Below are positions 10,277-25,100 of a DNA stretch of 64,000 bases, in pieces. Numbering within the stretch: the stretch's first letter is position 1; the number at the start of each line of letters is the position of its first letter. The translations under genes were made by a program, and so were the position numbers. The DNA comes from Nemertoderma westbladi (lineage: Eukaryota > Animalia > Xenacoelomorpha), in contig JAUCBJ010009158.1 of assembly GCA_032718475.1 (NCBI GenBank), positions 44,143 through 108,142 on the forward strand, in the 5' to 3' direction. The notes below the pieces were generated by a model. That model was given only the letters and a program-made list of their open reading frames with translations, was not told where the DNA came from and made no database searches.

Positions 10277-13200
10277 ATGGAGAAGGCGACCGAAGGGCAA
10301 CCAAAGAAAGACGCTATCGACATTTATTTGTCTGATTACCAGCGATTCATAGGAGACCAGGAGTTAAGGAGACGTCCAGCTGGACTACACCCATGTAGTG
10401 AAGCAGCACAAAATATATTAGATGTACTGGACTTAGAAATGCTAGCCGCAGAGCAGGGTAAAGAAGACGAAAGAGCTCTCCTAGCATTAGAGAAAGCTAG
10501 AGAAGTGAAGCGGAGATTAATCGACAAGAAAGCGAAGAGAGAGGTTGAAGCAGCTGAGGCAAAGGTGAAAAGAGAGGCTGCAGCAGCAGAAGCATCAAGA
10601 GAGGCTGCAATGGAGGAAGCGAAAGGAGTGGCTGCAGCAGCCACAGCCAAAGCGTTATCCCAACTGGATTTAGAGACTATCCAAAACAGACAGGAACTAC
10701 TACGAAAACAAAGAGAAACGGCTCAGGCACAACTCAGAAGCCGATCAACTCCCAAAAGACACGGATTTATTACCTCCTCAAATGAAAGGTACGACGACAG
10801 AATCGGAATGTAGGAGTTATAAATCCAATTCAAATGGATGTAGACGAGCTCCCATAGGACACAAGTTACCCAATTTGCCCCCTCTGGTGAGAAGATAATT
10901 GGCGAGCACAGATTTAAAGTCTGGCGAGTTAATAACCCAGGTAGTAGAATCTGATAGGCTTCCCACTATTCTAGATGAGCCTGAAGTATTTAAGCCTGTT
11001 TAACCCTATTACCACTGGGGTGTTTTGACCATTAGCACCACTGGGGGGGGGGGGGCCGATTCGGCCCACCCACTATATTTTTGTAGTCGTCCAATGAAAT
11101 CCTACAAAATTTGGGCTGTTGGTGAAACAACTATAGATGAACACTACCAAACCTTAAAAAATTAAAATTTTATAAGCAGGGATTCATAATTTTGATGAAA
11201 AATAAAAGTAGTCCCAGGACAAAAATTACAAAATTTTTCGTTTTCTAAAAACTAATAGTGTGGCAGTGTTGGCTAGATTTAGTAGGTTTTTCAAGACGCT
11301 GAATCGAATGTGATTATATTCCACTTCCAAAAATTGAAGTGGATGCTATTTTTCGTGCACCTAAGAAGTGGGCGTGGCACTTCAAATTTTGAAAAATTAG
11401 ATATTCAGAAAATGCCCCTAATTTTTTTATTTCAACGCATCTTTATGGGTTTTCTGGGCCGCTGAATCGATTGCAAGTAATATAGAAGCCTGACGACTGC
11501 GTGGTTCGCCATTTTTGGTGCACCAAAATTAGGGCGTGGCACTTCAAATTTTGAAAAATACGAGATTCAGAAAATAAACCAAAATTGAAATTTTAACGAA
11601 TTTATATAGGTTTTCCAGACCGCTGAATCGATTGAAAGTAATATAGAAGCCTGAAGACTTAGAAGTTAGCCATTTTTTGAAATCAAAACTTTAGTGTTTT
11701 TTCCGAATAAAGTAATTTTGAAAATTTGAAGTGCCACGCCCTAATTTTGGTGCATCGAAAATTACGTACACAAAGGATTTGAGGCTTCTATATTACTTTC
11801 AATCGATTCAGCGCTCCAGAAAACCTATAAAATTAATTTGAAATCAAAACTTTAGTGTATTTTCCGAATCTCGTATTTTTCAAAATTTGAAGTGCCACGC
11901 CCTAATTTTGGTGCACCAAAAATGGCGAACCACTACACTTACATACTTGTATAGAGCATTAGAGTGATCCAAACCAATAAAAATAAATAAAAATAGCCCA
12001 AACATAAATAATTACTAAATCACGAATGACTTTGTAAAATTCGAAAATTTCAAAAAATTTGGTGCTGGAGACCAAATTTTGAGGTGGCACTCACATCGAA
12101 AAGTAGAAATCCAATTGCAACGGCGTTTTTTGCAAAAGATGCGGCATTAAATTTGGCTAATTCTCACAAAAAATTGGGCCGGTACGTAATGTGGTTGCAT
12201 AGTTACAGCAACTAAAAACTAGGAAGGGGCCGATTCGGCCCCCCCCAGTGGTAATAGGGTTAAGTCTACTCCATTAGTGTAGACTCCTTTACTGTTTGAA
12301 CCCGACTCTAAATTCCCTTTAGAAAGTACCAATCCACCATTGACCAGTAGCCAAATCCCAGTAGCCCAGATTGGTAGTAAGCCTGGAGAACGAAAATCGT
12401 TCGGGCAAGGGTTGTCCCCCGTCACCCTGATGGGCAATACAGCCACTCCATTGGCATCTCCCGCACCAGCGGTGGAGTGGATGGAGGAAGGGTGGCGGGA
12501 GATAGGCGACCTTCTCTGGCTGTTAGCCCAAAATAAAGTGAAATCTTGTTGAGTGAAATCAGTTGAGGGATTTGGAAGGTACTGCAACTCACTGAAAGGA
12601 ACAGTACAAGATAATAAAATAGAGTTACAAGAAGTACAGCAACGCTTCGCTCTAGAAAGTGATAAGTTAGTAAATATAAAAAGGGTATACCACCACCCCC
12701 TATAACTGCATTTCAACCTCTTAGGTCTGAATCATATCATGCGCAAGGTGTAGAGTCTATACGCATTTATACTGATAGTGAAGTGGAAACTCCAAAAGTA
12801 AACCATACTAATGATTTTAATAAACCAACTTATAATGATATCCCATATGTGCCTGACAATAATTCAAGAAATATATAGTTGGATAATTCGATATTGAATA
12901 ACATTATGGCTCAGGAGAGTTTTATGCATCAGATGGCTAGAATGGAAGCCCGTCAAGCCGTAAAGGTGGGAGAGGTCATCAAGTTTAACAGAGATGAGAT
13001 GAAGTGGCTACCTTTTAATGAATATTATAAGGACAACATACAAAACTCTGTATTATCAAACTGAGAAAAGTTACAATTCCTCATCGAGTGCTTGGAAGGT
13101 CCTCCTAAATTGATGCCGTTAAAGTTCATCGGACATCGTGACGGATTAAGACAAGTTTGGGATATACTCAATATCAGGTATGGTAATAGGACTAACATAG

Positions 13201-16200
13201 CTAGATACTTGTATGCGAAATTAGTAGCACCCAGGATATTCCACAGTAATGGAATCATAGAGTTTTCTGATGAGGTTCAGGAGATCTGTAGACAGTTAGA
13301 CTGGTTAGGTAAATCTCACAAGTACCAAAGTTCTATGGTAGTAGGAGCTGTTCTTTGCCAAAGGGCGGAGTAAGTACGAGTTTGGATAAAAAGGTTCTAT
13401 ACTTTGAGGACCAGCAGAAGAGAGATCCTACAACGGCAGAGTTATGTCTTTTCTAACAGGAGAGGTAAGAATACAGCTAATTAAACAGTCTAGAGAGAAG
13501 ACTCCTGAAACTAAGGTAAGCGAGAAACCAGTTGCAGGAAAAGAGTAACTCCTGTATGTTACACTGAGTATGAGAGCCAAACCTCATATGATGAGGACAG
13601 CGTACAAGACACTGCCAACGTCTATTACACAAATAAAGGTAAGGACATAGGAAAACCTAACGTTCAGCATAATAATAAAAAGGGAGAACAACTTAAGACT
13701 CCTCCAACGTCCCCCAAGAGGAATCCCAATAAGAAGCCCGAAGAAAGAACTCGTGTGCAGAACACAGTTCAACAAAGGTAACCAATCTTAAGCCTAAGTG
13801 TGTGTCATGCGAAGGTCCCCATCATTTAAGTGAGTGTGAGGAATTCTTGAAGAAAGACCTTAGGGACAGGCGTAGTGTAACTTGGGATAAGAGGTTATAT
13901 TACAATTGTCTGAGGAGAGGGCATCAGAGGAGAACTTGCTATTCAGACGCTAGGTGCGCTAAATGTGGAGCTAAACATCACTCGTTATTACATAGCCAGT
14001 TTGATAAGGTGAGTGAAACAGAGTTGCATGTCCAGTTCAGCGACGTGAATGACACGGACCAGAGTTCGGAGTTCGGAGGATTCTATGCAGACTAGGTTTC
14101 TGATGAAAATGAATCCTGTTACATGAACAACATAGCCGTATATAGAGCCCTTACCCATGAGGTGACAACCGATGGAGAGGAAATCCAACTACCCATTCCA
14201 GATAAACATCTCTCGTGGAAGGTCTCACAACCATCTATTGGCATAAAATAATTTCCCGTGGTGCAGCTCAGGATACATAGACAAGGTAAGCGTTTCATTA
14301 TTAACACCCTCCTTGATTCAGGTAGTACAGGCACCTTTATTGACAAAGATTTAGCCAAGGATATATCTGCAGGCCAGGAGAAATTTCAAACTAAGCTTAA
14401 CCTCTCCGGGATCATCCAGGTATGGAAATCTACCATATCGACGGACTTCTATATGGGATCATTATCTACACCACAGGATAATTCTAGTAAGAACAGTCTA
14501 AGGTCTATTAAAATGGTAGCTATTAAGAACTTTGCTGCCAGTCAGGTAGAACCTTATAACTGGGACGAAGACACCTTTGCCCAGTGGTACAGAGTTCCCA
14601 GAATCAAGACTGACTATCCTGGAGTCCAGATGCTACTCGGACAGAATGCACATGAAGCGCGAGAGACACTTGAGAAGAGACCTACTAAACCACAACCTCT
14701 ACAAACTTACGCGGGACGGACCAGAGTCGGTTGGTACTTCACGGGACCATCCAGACGCACTCACCGAGAAAGAATGGAAGGAGTACACATTAACCAGGTA
14801 TTTGAGAGTGTAGAAACTGTGAACGACGAGGTCATTTCAGCTGAGGAACCTCCATGCTCCTCAGATAATGACAACATCCAAATATTGTATGAGGAGGACA
14901 ATACGATCGAACCCCTCACCAAAAATCAAACTTGGACAAACCAAACCGAACTGTATTATTTAATACAACAGAACAATTAACTGTTTGCCTAAGAGGATGA
15001 CGAGCTAAACGAGGTAGTGGGACGATATAACTCTAAACTGAGAGATGAACATGCAGTGTGATTCTTTACCCAAGAGGCTGTGGATGTGGAACCTAACTCT
15101 TACGATAGAGCCCTATCTGTAGAGGAGGAGAGAGCTAAACAATTCCAAGGGACGATTATCAAGGAGGCTCGTTATATCAAGGAGGAGGGTCCTTACAAGA
15201 TCGGTTTACCTTTCCAGAAGCGAGAACCTAGCTTCATCAATAATCGACCATTAGCCATCAAAAGTCAATCAACTGCACCGACGCTTATCATCGAACAATA
15301 AAGCTAAGGAAATGTACAAGACCCAATTAAACTAGTTCATAGATGAGGGATACGCGGAGCGAGTTCCGATAGAAACACCAGTAACGTAGAGAACAAATTA
15401 TCTAACTCACCACTACGTTCCCAAACCCGGTAAACCGAACAAAGTCCGGGTGGTGTTTGACGGCTCCGCCTTGTATAAGTGACAGTCCCTAAACTTTGAG
15501 TTGTTGCCGGGACCCAACTTACTTCAATTGCTGTTGGGAACATTACAACGACTCCAGCAGTACTCCATCGCATTTGCCTCCTTCATTGAAGGCATGTTTC
15601 TACAAGTCAAAGCATTGTAACAAGATCGAGATAGCTTACGGTTCTTGTGATGGCTGGAAGGAGACTTCGACAAAGAACCGGTCGAGTACTGGATGACTAT
15701 CTAGGCCTTCAGCATTATCTCTAGTCCATCTAATGCTGGCTCGGTAGTGCGTACCACTGCTGACGAAAATTGAGATGCCTTTCCCAAAGCGGTCATCGAT
15801 AACATAAAACGTGACATCTACATGGACGACAACCTCAAATCCCTGCCTATAGTGGAAGAAGCAATCGAGGTTGGCAAGGGAATGGTAGAGTGTCTTCAAT
15901 GCGGTGGTTTCCAGTTAACTAAATTCACCAGCAACTCCCGTGAGTTTCTGGAGGCGATCCCAGAAGAATAATGAGGTGTTAAAGATCTGGACCTCATTAA
16001 AGACGACCTCCCAGAAACAAAAACCCTCGGTTTAAAGTGGGATACAGAGAGGGATATTTTGTTCTTCCAATTAAAACAATGCAATAATCCTGTTCGTACT
16101 AAGAGGATTTGCCTAAGTAGTCTGAGCACGTATTTCGATCCGTTGGGATTTATTAGTCCTATAATGCTAGTTGCTCGGAATCTAGTCCAACAAATGTGGC

Positions 16201-17401
16201 TCGAAAACCACTCTTGGGATGATCCACTTAAGGGAGAACTGTTAAAGAAGTGGATAGAGTGGGAAGTGACTCTTTACCAGCTATTGAGAACTTTAAGATT
16301 TCCCGCTCGTATTTAGGTCACATTCTCCTCACTTATTCCTATCAACTCCATGTCTTTGGAGAGACACCAGCGATATTGGAATAGGTATAGTAGCCTATTT
16401 GAGGGTCAAAACTCCGCAAGGAATTAAAGTTTCATTGGCCGCCTCAAAGGCTTTGATAAACAACAAACCACGGGTCCCTAGAGCGGAGTTAAAAGCAGCA
16501 TTATACGCTACCGCCATCGGCAGGAATATAATGGAACAGATAGAATATCCATTGGATAAAACTGTTTATTGGACAGATTCATTACTCGTTCTAGAATATA
16601 TTACTAACAAAGTCTGTCAGTTAAGCGTCTTTGTCACCAACCGAGTAGCTGTTATACTTAGTCGGACTAATATAGTCTAATGGAATCATTGCTCTGGAAC
16701 TATTGATACAGCTGACATCACCTCCAGAGGAGCTACACCTAAAGAACTGACGGATATGCCAGATTAGTTAAGTGGCCCTGACTTCCTAAGTAAAAAGGAG
16801 GAGGAATGCCCCCCCCCCCCCCCCCCCACATCTTACTATGACTGAGATCGGACAAGCCAAGGAAGCGGAGACCATTAAAGCAAAGATCTGGATGAGTAAA
16901 TCCAAACTGTTCAAACTGGCGATAGACCTGTTGGTATAGCATACCGGTGATGATGCTAATTAAGATCCTAAGCGAGTCCCAGGTAAAGCAGTTGTTTCTA
17001 TACGAGAGTGAGATTGGAATACTGGTATACCTGATATCTCTGAAGGACTCTCTCCTATTATTCAGAGAGCAATGGCGTATTATAGTTCTTGGAATAGGCT
17101 TTCTAAAGCCATAACTTATTTAAAACGGTGTTTCCATCACCACTATTCCAAGCCTAAGACAACCGGTGACGCCATCCCAAGAGTAGTCGAAGAAGTGAAT
17201 GCCATTAAAGATCTTCCCATTTATCGGCTACATACCAAGTTTCTTGCTGACAAGATCACTTACCAGGAGCATGATGATACCAACAAGCAACTACTGAGAC
17301 TTCTACAATGTCATGAGCAGCATGAGAAGTATTTCCTGTTTTTGAGAAATCCGCAGATGCGCTTAAAGGATTCCTTTTCTAGCATGATGTTTGATATATA
17401 A
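10277..17401 (+). mobile_element. Degenerate BEL/Pao LTR retrotransposon, internal region (no LTRs recognised)
   Basis: Triple zinc-knuckle Gag (13802-14000: C..H....C, NCL..GH....C, CAKCGAKHHSLLH); protease LLDSGS (14308-14325); RT remnants KVRVVFD (~15440) and YMDD (~15820); Pao-type FDPLG; RNase H YWTDS (~16570); YSSW..L post-RH motif (17075). Many stops and frameshifts. Confidence 0.88.
11004..12259. mobile_element. Non-autonomous piggyBac-type element inserted in BEL gag
   Basis: TTAA at 11000-11003 and 12260-12263; TIR CCCTATTACCACTGGGG / CCCCAGTGGTAATAGGG; internal tandem and inverted ~160-bp repeats; no ORF. Confidence 0.92.
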
Positions 17402-17415
17402 AATATATAAAATAT

Positions 17416-20400
17416 ATTTTGACAGACATATTGACAGATAAACGGACAAACATACAAACTGTACAAATGCTACCAAACATGAAATCTGATACCGCAAATT
17501 AAGTCAGAGTCCAAAAAACAGACATTCCCATGATTTAAGCTTTATAGGGTGTCATATTGTATTTTGACAGACAAATTGACAGACAAACGGACAGACTTAC
17601 AAACTGTAAAATTGCTGCCAAACATGGAAACTGATACCGTAAATGAAGTCAGAGTCCAAGAAAACAGACATTCTCAGGATTTTAGCATTTGCAGGGTGTC
17701 ATATTGTATTTTGACAGACAGTTCGACTGATAAACGACAGACAAACAAACTGTTCAATTGCTGCAAAACATGAAATCTGATACACTAAATGAAGTCAGAG
17801 TCCAAGAAAACAGACATTCCCGGGATGTTAGCTTTGTATGGTGTCATATTGTATTTTGACAGACAGATTGACTGACCTGGCTCATTCCAAAGTAAAGTAC
17901 GGGACATTCGTACACAATTTTGAACTTTGATTGCCTGTACAATGTTATCCACAGCACATATGTGCACAAAATTGTGCTTGGATTAAACTTTCGAATATCA
18001 GCTTTGATTCCGCGAAGCTTATGGCGGGACTTAGTCACTTTTGAGAAAACGCCAGCTTGTCCAATTAAGGTAAAGTACGGATTCGTACGAAATGGTTTTT
18101 TTTTATTTTATGATTTCAATTCTAAAATTTAGCGAATTGTGCGCAGGTACGGTGTTGAGTTGATGTTTAGGATAAAGCTGTATTATTAAGCTTAAATAAA
18201 AATATAAATATAAGACGAATTGCTGCATTGCTAATTTTTTACAGTGTGGTTTGTGTGGTAAAGTATGGGACATTGCTAAGTAAAGTACGGGACCTGTACG
18301 AATTTTATGGTCAAAATGGTCTCTTACACTTAACCTAACAGTAATTTCTGGATAATTAGTGATAATAAAGTGCAACTAAGTATTTCCAACCAAGATATGG
18401 ATACAAAATGTGGGGCGGCCCACAAATTGACCCGAAGTCTTAGCATATGGGTGCCCTTAGGAGTTGTATGTCATCTGTCTAATTTTTGATCGCTAATACT
18501 GTATAACTCGGTCATTTTTAGATGAAATTAAATCAAACCTGGTACGTATGAAGTCTGTCAAAAGTTTGGAAATAATCTGAAGTTTAAGGAATTAAAGGTC
18601 ACATATCAGACAGTCTGTCTGTTGGTACCGATAGTTTCAAAAGTTTGATAAAAACCGAAATAAGTCTGCCAATCATTGATGAAATATAACCAAACTTGGT
18701 ACACATGTAGTCTGTGAAAAGTTTAGAAATTCTTTCCATTTTTCTGAAAATGTATCAATTACTGTACTTACCGATCTTCTTATCTGCTAAAAAAACTAAA
18801 TTTTTTGAAATTTGTTGTAAAGTACGGGACTTTACATGCATAAACTCAAAGATTAGTTAACTGAGGAATGATTCTTAGTTCAAATACATACTTCTATGCT
18901 TCCCCCTACTATCACCCTAAAGCATTATAACACTCCTGCCCTCCAGGTTTCATATATTACATTAATACAGTGCACTAATGTAATCGCCATTATAATGGTA
19001 AAGTATGGGACAATTTTCAATTGGCCGTTATGATGTTTCTGAGGGAGTAGGTTATGAAACTACAGGTAATTGTTTCTTAAGATGACGCAACACAAACGTG
19101 CTTTGCATTCCACTGGGTGATTGGGCTTAGTTAGACTACTTCTCTGTGTATAAATTAAAAATTTCACTATTTATTGGTAAAGTATGGGACTTTATATGCA
19201 TCAACCCAAAGATTTCTTGACTGAGGAATGATTCTCAGTTCAAATATATAGACTCCTATTCTTACGGCCGACTATGACCTTAGAGTATTATAAAACTCAT
19301 GGCTTCACATATTACATTAATACAGTGCACTAATATAATCGCCATTTTGATGGTAAAGTATGGGACAATTTTCAATTGGCCGCCATGATATTTCTGAGGG
19401 AGTGAAGATGAAACTAATTGTTTTATACGATGACGCAACACAAACGTGCTTTGCATTCCACTGGGTGATTAGGCTGAGTAACATCTCTGTGAATAAACTA
19501 AAAATTTCACTATTTTAGGTAAAGTATGGGACATCACAAGATTAACTTTATCGATTTCATTACAGAGGAATGAAACACTGGTGAAATTAAATAAAACCAA
19601 AAAAATTCGAAAAGGGGTTTGTTTTTGATTTGGTACATGCTCAGAAATGTTAATTTATTGGTCATAGGAAGTGCCTACAGGAAACGAAACTTTTGCACAC
19701 TTTTATTCACATTTTGTGCAGAGCAGGTGCATAATTTGTAATTCGACTATTTTTGATAAACCACCTGTGTTGATACAATTTTTAGCACTGAATTCATGAA
19801 GCACGATAAATTTTGACCTAAAATAAGTATAAATTCAAAGCTACATCTCAATTTTAGAAATTAGTGGGGAGGTTGACCTTTTCATGGAATGAGCCACAAA
19901 CGGACAGACATACAAACTGTACAATGCTGCCAAACATGAAAACTGATACGGTAAATGAAGTCAGAGTCTAAGAAAACAGACATTCTTGGGATTTTAGCAT
20001 TTGTAGGGTGTCATATTGTATTTTGACAGACACATCGACTGACAAACGGACAGACATACAAACTGCTCAATTGCTGCCAATCATTACAACTGATACAGTA
20101 AATGAAGTCAGAGTCCAAGAAAACAGACATTCCCGATATTTTAGCTTTGTATGGTATCATATTGTATTTTGACAGACAGATTGACTGACAAACGGACAGA
20201 CATAATATACTGTTCAATTTCTGCCAAACAAGAAAACTGATACAGTAAATTAAGTCAGAGTCCAAGAGAACAGACATTCCCGATATTTTAGCTTTGTATG
20301 GTGTCATATTGTATTTTGACAGACAGATTGACTGACAAACGGACAGATAAAATATACTGTTCAATTGCTGCCAAACATGAAAACTGATACAGTAAATGAA

Positions 20401-20810
20401 GTCAGAGTCCAAGAAAACAAACATTCCCGATATTTTAGCTTTGCATGGTGTCATATTGTATTTTGACAGACAGATTGACTGACAAACGGACAGATATAAT
20501 ATACTGTTCAATTGCTGCCAAACATGAAAACTGTTACAGTAAATGAAGTCAGAGTCCAAGAAAACAGACATTCCCGATATTTTAGCTTTGTAGGGTGTCA
20601 TATTGTATTTTGACAGACAGATCGACTGACAAACGGACAGACATACAAAATTTACAAATGCTGCCAAACATCAAAACTGATACCGTAAATGAAGTCTGAG
20701 TCCAAGAAAACAGACATTACCGTGATTTTAGCTTTGTAGGGTGTCATATTATTTTTCGACAAACGAACAGACATACAAACTGTACAAATGCCGCCAAACT
20801 TGAAAACTGA
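17416..20810. repeat. 141-bp satellite array (17416-17876 and 19896-20810), interrupted by a TIR element
   Basis: Unit TTTTGACAGACAGATTGACTGACAAACGGACAGA...GTCAGAGTCCAAGAAAACAGACATTCC...GTGTCATATTGTA; 47-aa periodicity in the shadow ORF 20011-20667. Confidence 0.93.
17879..19895. mobile_element. Non-autonomous TIR DNA transposon, superfamily uncertain
   Basis: 11-bp TIR GGCTCATTCCA...TGGAATGAGCC; splits one satellite unit (GACTGAC | ACAAACGG); repeated AAAGTA(C/T)GGGAC motif; internal ~350-bp duplication. Confidence 0.8.
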
Positions 20811-21069
20811 TATGGGAAATGACATCAGTGATGAAAAATCTACATATGGAAGATTTTAGCTGTCTGGTCTAATATATTGTATATGGATATGAGCCCCAGC
20901 AAATGTCTGTACACATATAGATTAATTGCTACAAGCAGATAATAATTGATGAAACTTTTATACCCAATATTTCTTCTACCTTTATTGGTATCAACAAACA
21001 TCTATAACTACTACTACTACAGTACTATCGGCATGTTGCATTGCGGCTGCATTAATTATATCAAGTATA

Positions 21070-21510
21070 TTAAGAAAGATGTGTCGGCTTGTCGATAAAA
21101 TTGCTCCACCTCAACTCCCTATCACCCATGACATTTGCTAGATCATCCGCATCTTCAAGTCCAGTGTCCTTTAAAATGCGTTTCATAAAAGTCATGGGCT
21201 TACCACCATACATAGTCGTTCCATGAGGCCGCCAAAGCACAAGATTATGCACTGGCTGGTGCACACGGTGAAAGCAATGTCCTACAAAGCGGGGGCAGCT
21301 CCGTTCAAGTAAATGCTTGCGGAGACTAATGAAACACTTCCGATGTTGTTCAGAGTCTGGTTATGGAGATGTGTTTATTCTTCTTGACACAATGATCCCG
21401 GCGTAGCATTATTGTGAATGTGCCATCCAGAGGTTTTGTAAACTCTGCAGTCAGAGACCAGCATGGACTCCCATCTAAGAAGTTTGTCTCTCCTGCTGCC
21501 TTAAATAACC
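21070..21510 (-). pseudogene. Degenerate 3' fragment of an RTE-clade LINE
   Basis: Translation HQPVHNLVLWRPHG...GKPMTF...KDTGL...VMGDRELRW resembles the RTE ORF C-terminus; second copy at ~49868-50307. Confidence 0.6.
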
Positions 21511-21907
21511 TCTAAAAGGTTCAAGTGCGATATCAACAATTGGTACATTTGCAACAATATTATGCGAACTTTTCAGCGTTCTGATGTTTTACTCTTAGCG
21601 CAGTAAAGTACCGTATTGCAGCGTTGCGGCCTATAGGACGAACGTAGTTATACTTCTATAACTAACTATCACTAACTTAGTAAATAATCTCTTAAACACG
21701 TCTGGATTCTTCTGCACAGCTTTTAGCAACCATTATATGCTAATTTTATGATTGTTTACCGTAACTTTGTTGTAATAACTGCAATTAATTAGTGATACAA
21801 ATTAAATTGGATATGAATTACATCAATATTCCTAATTATTCCAATATCAAAATGAAAACTTTAAAAGAATCGAAATTACTCTAACTTTTCTGAGAATTAT
21901 CTATTTA

Positions 21908-22114
21908 GGCCGCGTTCACACTACCGAGTCAAAGTTAAAGTCAAAAGACAAAATATAAAACTATCAAAATATCATATATATATAAAAATATCACATGAAA
22001 TTAATTTTTTTCTAGAATGCCCTTATGTATTATATTAGGCCTATATAATGTATTATTATTTATTATTGCTAGCTAGCTATATTTATTTTCTTTTGACTTT
22101 GACTTTGACTCGGT
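21908..22114. mobile_element. PIF/Harbinger-type MITE, left part (its last 15 bp lie at 44515-44529)
   Basis: TTA at 21905-21907 and 44530-44532; TIR GGCCGC(G/A)TTCACACTACCGAGTCAAAGT(T/C)AAAGTCAAAAG; related empty site CTATTTAGATAGACCAGCC at ~44723 and ~51603. Confidence 0.88.
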
Positions 22115-25100
22115 GGTTCCCCACATGGGGTATAGAAACTCGCGCGGCCATGGGCAGGGTCCCCATCTCGCCGCGCCTAAAAAAAAAAAAAGTCTACAAA
22201 AACCGCTGCTGGCTACCGTCAACTCGAAACCTGTAACCCCCATCAAAAAAAGTTTAATCGTAAAGTTGTAGAGAAAAAATTCTAAGGGTACGTCGCGTCT
22301 TCGATTTTTGAATTAAACCCTAATTTTCTAGAACATTCGAATTTTCTAAAAAAGAGACATTCTCAAAAGCATATCAAACTCGAGGCACATGATCCCTGCG
22401 ATTTTCTCCAAACTTTGATAGAAAATAGATAAAAGACGTAAAAAAAATCGCCCCGAATAAAATTCGAACTTTTATGTGTAGATTTCTAGAAAACTGTGCT
22501 TAAATATTCACAATTCCAGAACAAATTTGTCTATTTTACGATAATTTAAATCTCAGTTTGTGTGATATTTACGACAAAACGTAACATCACAAAGTTGGAG
22601 CTGAATAATTTTTTTAATTTTTAAGACTATTTCGAACTCTGTACGACAAGCCGTTCTCATTCTACAGACCTCTGAAAAACTTATATTGCTTAGCAACTGA
22701 CATGACAACGGCCGGTACTGGTAGGGGTTAATTATATCGTTCGCCGCTTCGTTTCTCTTGATTCTACCGATCTGAAACCAATTCTATTCGAAAGAACAAA
22801 GTTTTCTCTATCTACTGGTATTCACAAACCCTCTAAAAGTGATGGGCATATGGGCAAAAAAGTGGGCAAAATATGGGCAAAAAAAATGTAACTTAAATAT
22901 TTTTGGTGGAATTTTTAATTTTTTTTTTACATACAGTAAGTATATCGAAAGGGCATCGCCGTAGAAAAGGTTTGGACGTAATTTGAGAAAAATCCGTCAA
23001 CGCAATCAAAAGTTATTCGAAAAAGAGTGGGCGCGCTGTATCGCACAGCATAATTATTCAATATTACATTGCGTATAGGGCCTACTATACGCAGAGCACT
23101 CCTATTGACGTCATTAAATGTTCCCAGAACATGTATTTATTTGTCATTGGTTGAGGCAGTAGGTAGGAGTTGTATGGAATCACTGCGAGGGGCCAGTTGT
23201 GTTCTATAATTCGAATTGTTGTTTCTAAGCAACCCCACAAACAATACACACAGATTACAGTTGGGTACCGTACGTACCTGTTGCGTGTAGTTTGGTTTTA
23301 ATTGCTGTACGGCAGTTGTATAAATGTACCACATTGACGATGTTGTTATATAATAGATTAATTACGTATGTTAATTAACGCAATTAATTAATTAATTGAC
23401 AGGATGACATCATGGGAGTAATTGTTTTTAATTTACTGTAATTTCTGTATGGTAAGCAAAGCATGTTATAACTGAACGCAATTTTAGCAAGTCAATAAGT
23501 ACTGTAAGTTCCTGTGGTACGGATTAGTTATTCTTTGTCAGTGTAAATTAAATACAGGTTTGTTTGCTGCACTAATTATTCACGGAGCGGCACTACTGTA
23601 TACATTATTATTAGCAGCCTACTGCAATAATTTAATTACGTAATAAAATAGTAAGGATCCGAAAAATATTAGTCTAAATGCCGCTGTAAACCCGGTTTTG
23701 TTTGCATTATTTGATAAGGGGTACAGTATTCTGCCTATTGTAGTGATTTCGATATGGTTTTATGTGATACTGTACATAAGTAGGCCACTTTATTTTACTA
23801 ACTGCCAACTATATATTACATGTATTAGCCAACAGCTAAAAAGACATTCCGAACTCATCGCACTGACTGGCTATTTCGCCTTTGCTTGCATGGAATCCTC
23901 AACTTAGAATTAATTCTGTGTCATCTTCAGTTCCACTCCGAGTTCCATATTTTTCTGTATTTCTTATCAACCAGCCTTTATCTGCTTGTCCGGTGTCTGC
24001 CACTCGCAGTTATATTCACGAGTATAGTAAATTAGTCCCGGCGTAGCGAGAACGATATTAAATTATGAAACTCATCTTCCAGAACATTCTGAACAGACTA
24101 CAGTATATGCCACTTGTATTGTAAGCCTGCATCCCGTTGTACCGGAAGTTATTCTGTAGACGCCGTGCTCCGTGCACCTCGCCCTTAAGGAGGGGTTGCT
24201 GGGGTTAGAGAACAACAAACACTCGGACCTCTTGTACACACGTCCTTTAGTTCCGTTAATAACTCTGTTAGGGTCTACTGTACCTTAGTACTGCAGATAG
24301 TAAGTCATCTTGGAGAGGTCGATTTAAATCACGAAACGCATCACTTTATTAATTTTCCTTATTTACTAGTACCTTCTGTTAAGGTTATCATCAGCCTACA
24401 CCCCGCGTGTACGTCGACCTTGTCATTGTGCTATCGAATCTTGTCCCCACCCCCCACACATTACTTTGTACACCAACCTAAACAATGTTTCGTAAAAAAA
24501 TATTTCTTTATATAAATCCCGTTCTCTATCTAGCCTTTATTGTTATAATTGTTTATTTATTAACAAACCAGAATACACCGAACAAATGCTTCAAATTATT
24601 TTTTTATAATTAGGAATAAATTTCATATTTAATTGGGTTCAATAAATATGGTTTAGATAAGATTTTTATCTTATTGTGTAAATGTTCCAGCGGTATAAGG
24701 AGCTCTTTTATGGTAAAACATATTTACTGTAATTGGTGATTAATATTTAGAGGCTTTGTAATATATTTATATTTTATTTAGTTAGATTTGCTACTGTATA
24801 TAATTACTGTGGCGATTCTCAGGTTCAAATATGAGACGAAGCTATTCATACTGTGGTACCTGATACATAAAATATTTTACTTTACTTTGTGGTACCATCC
24901 AGGGTCTGACAACATCTACTGTACAACACTACGACAAAATAATAATGCATTTAGCTATAGAGGACTATATTTTACATATTTTAGGCCTACTGTTATAATC
25001 ATAGACTAACAACATGACTTTGAGGAAATTAATTTAATATCATATGGTACGAGTGCGACAGTCGCCCTAATTATATGTAACATTGATACAATCTTATTGG

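Noticed and set aside
12219-12716. 165-aa minus-strand ORF
   Set aside because: Antisense to decayed BEL gag and runs into the MITE TIR; no recognisable motifs.
20011-20667. 218-aa ORF with 47-aa repeats (also 45893-46279)
   Set aside because: Translation of the 141-bp satellite; other units contain stops and indels.
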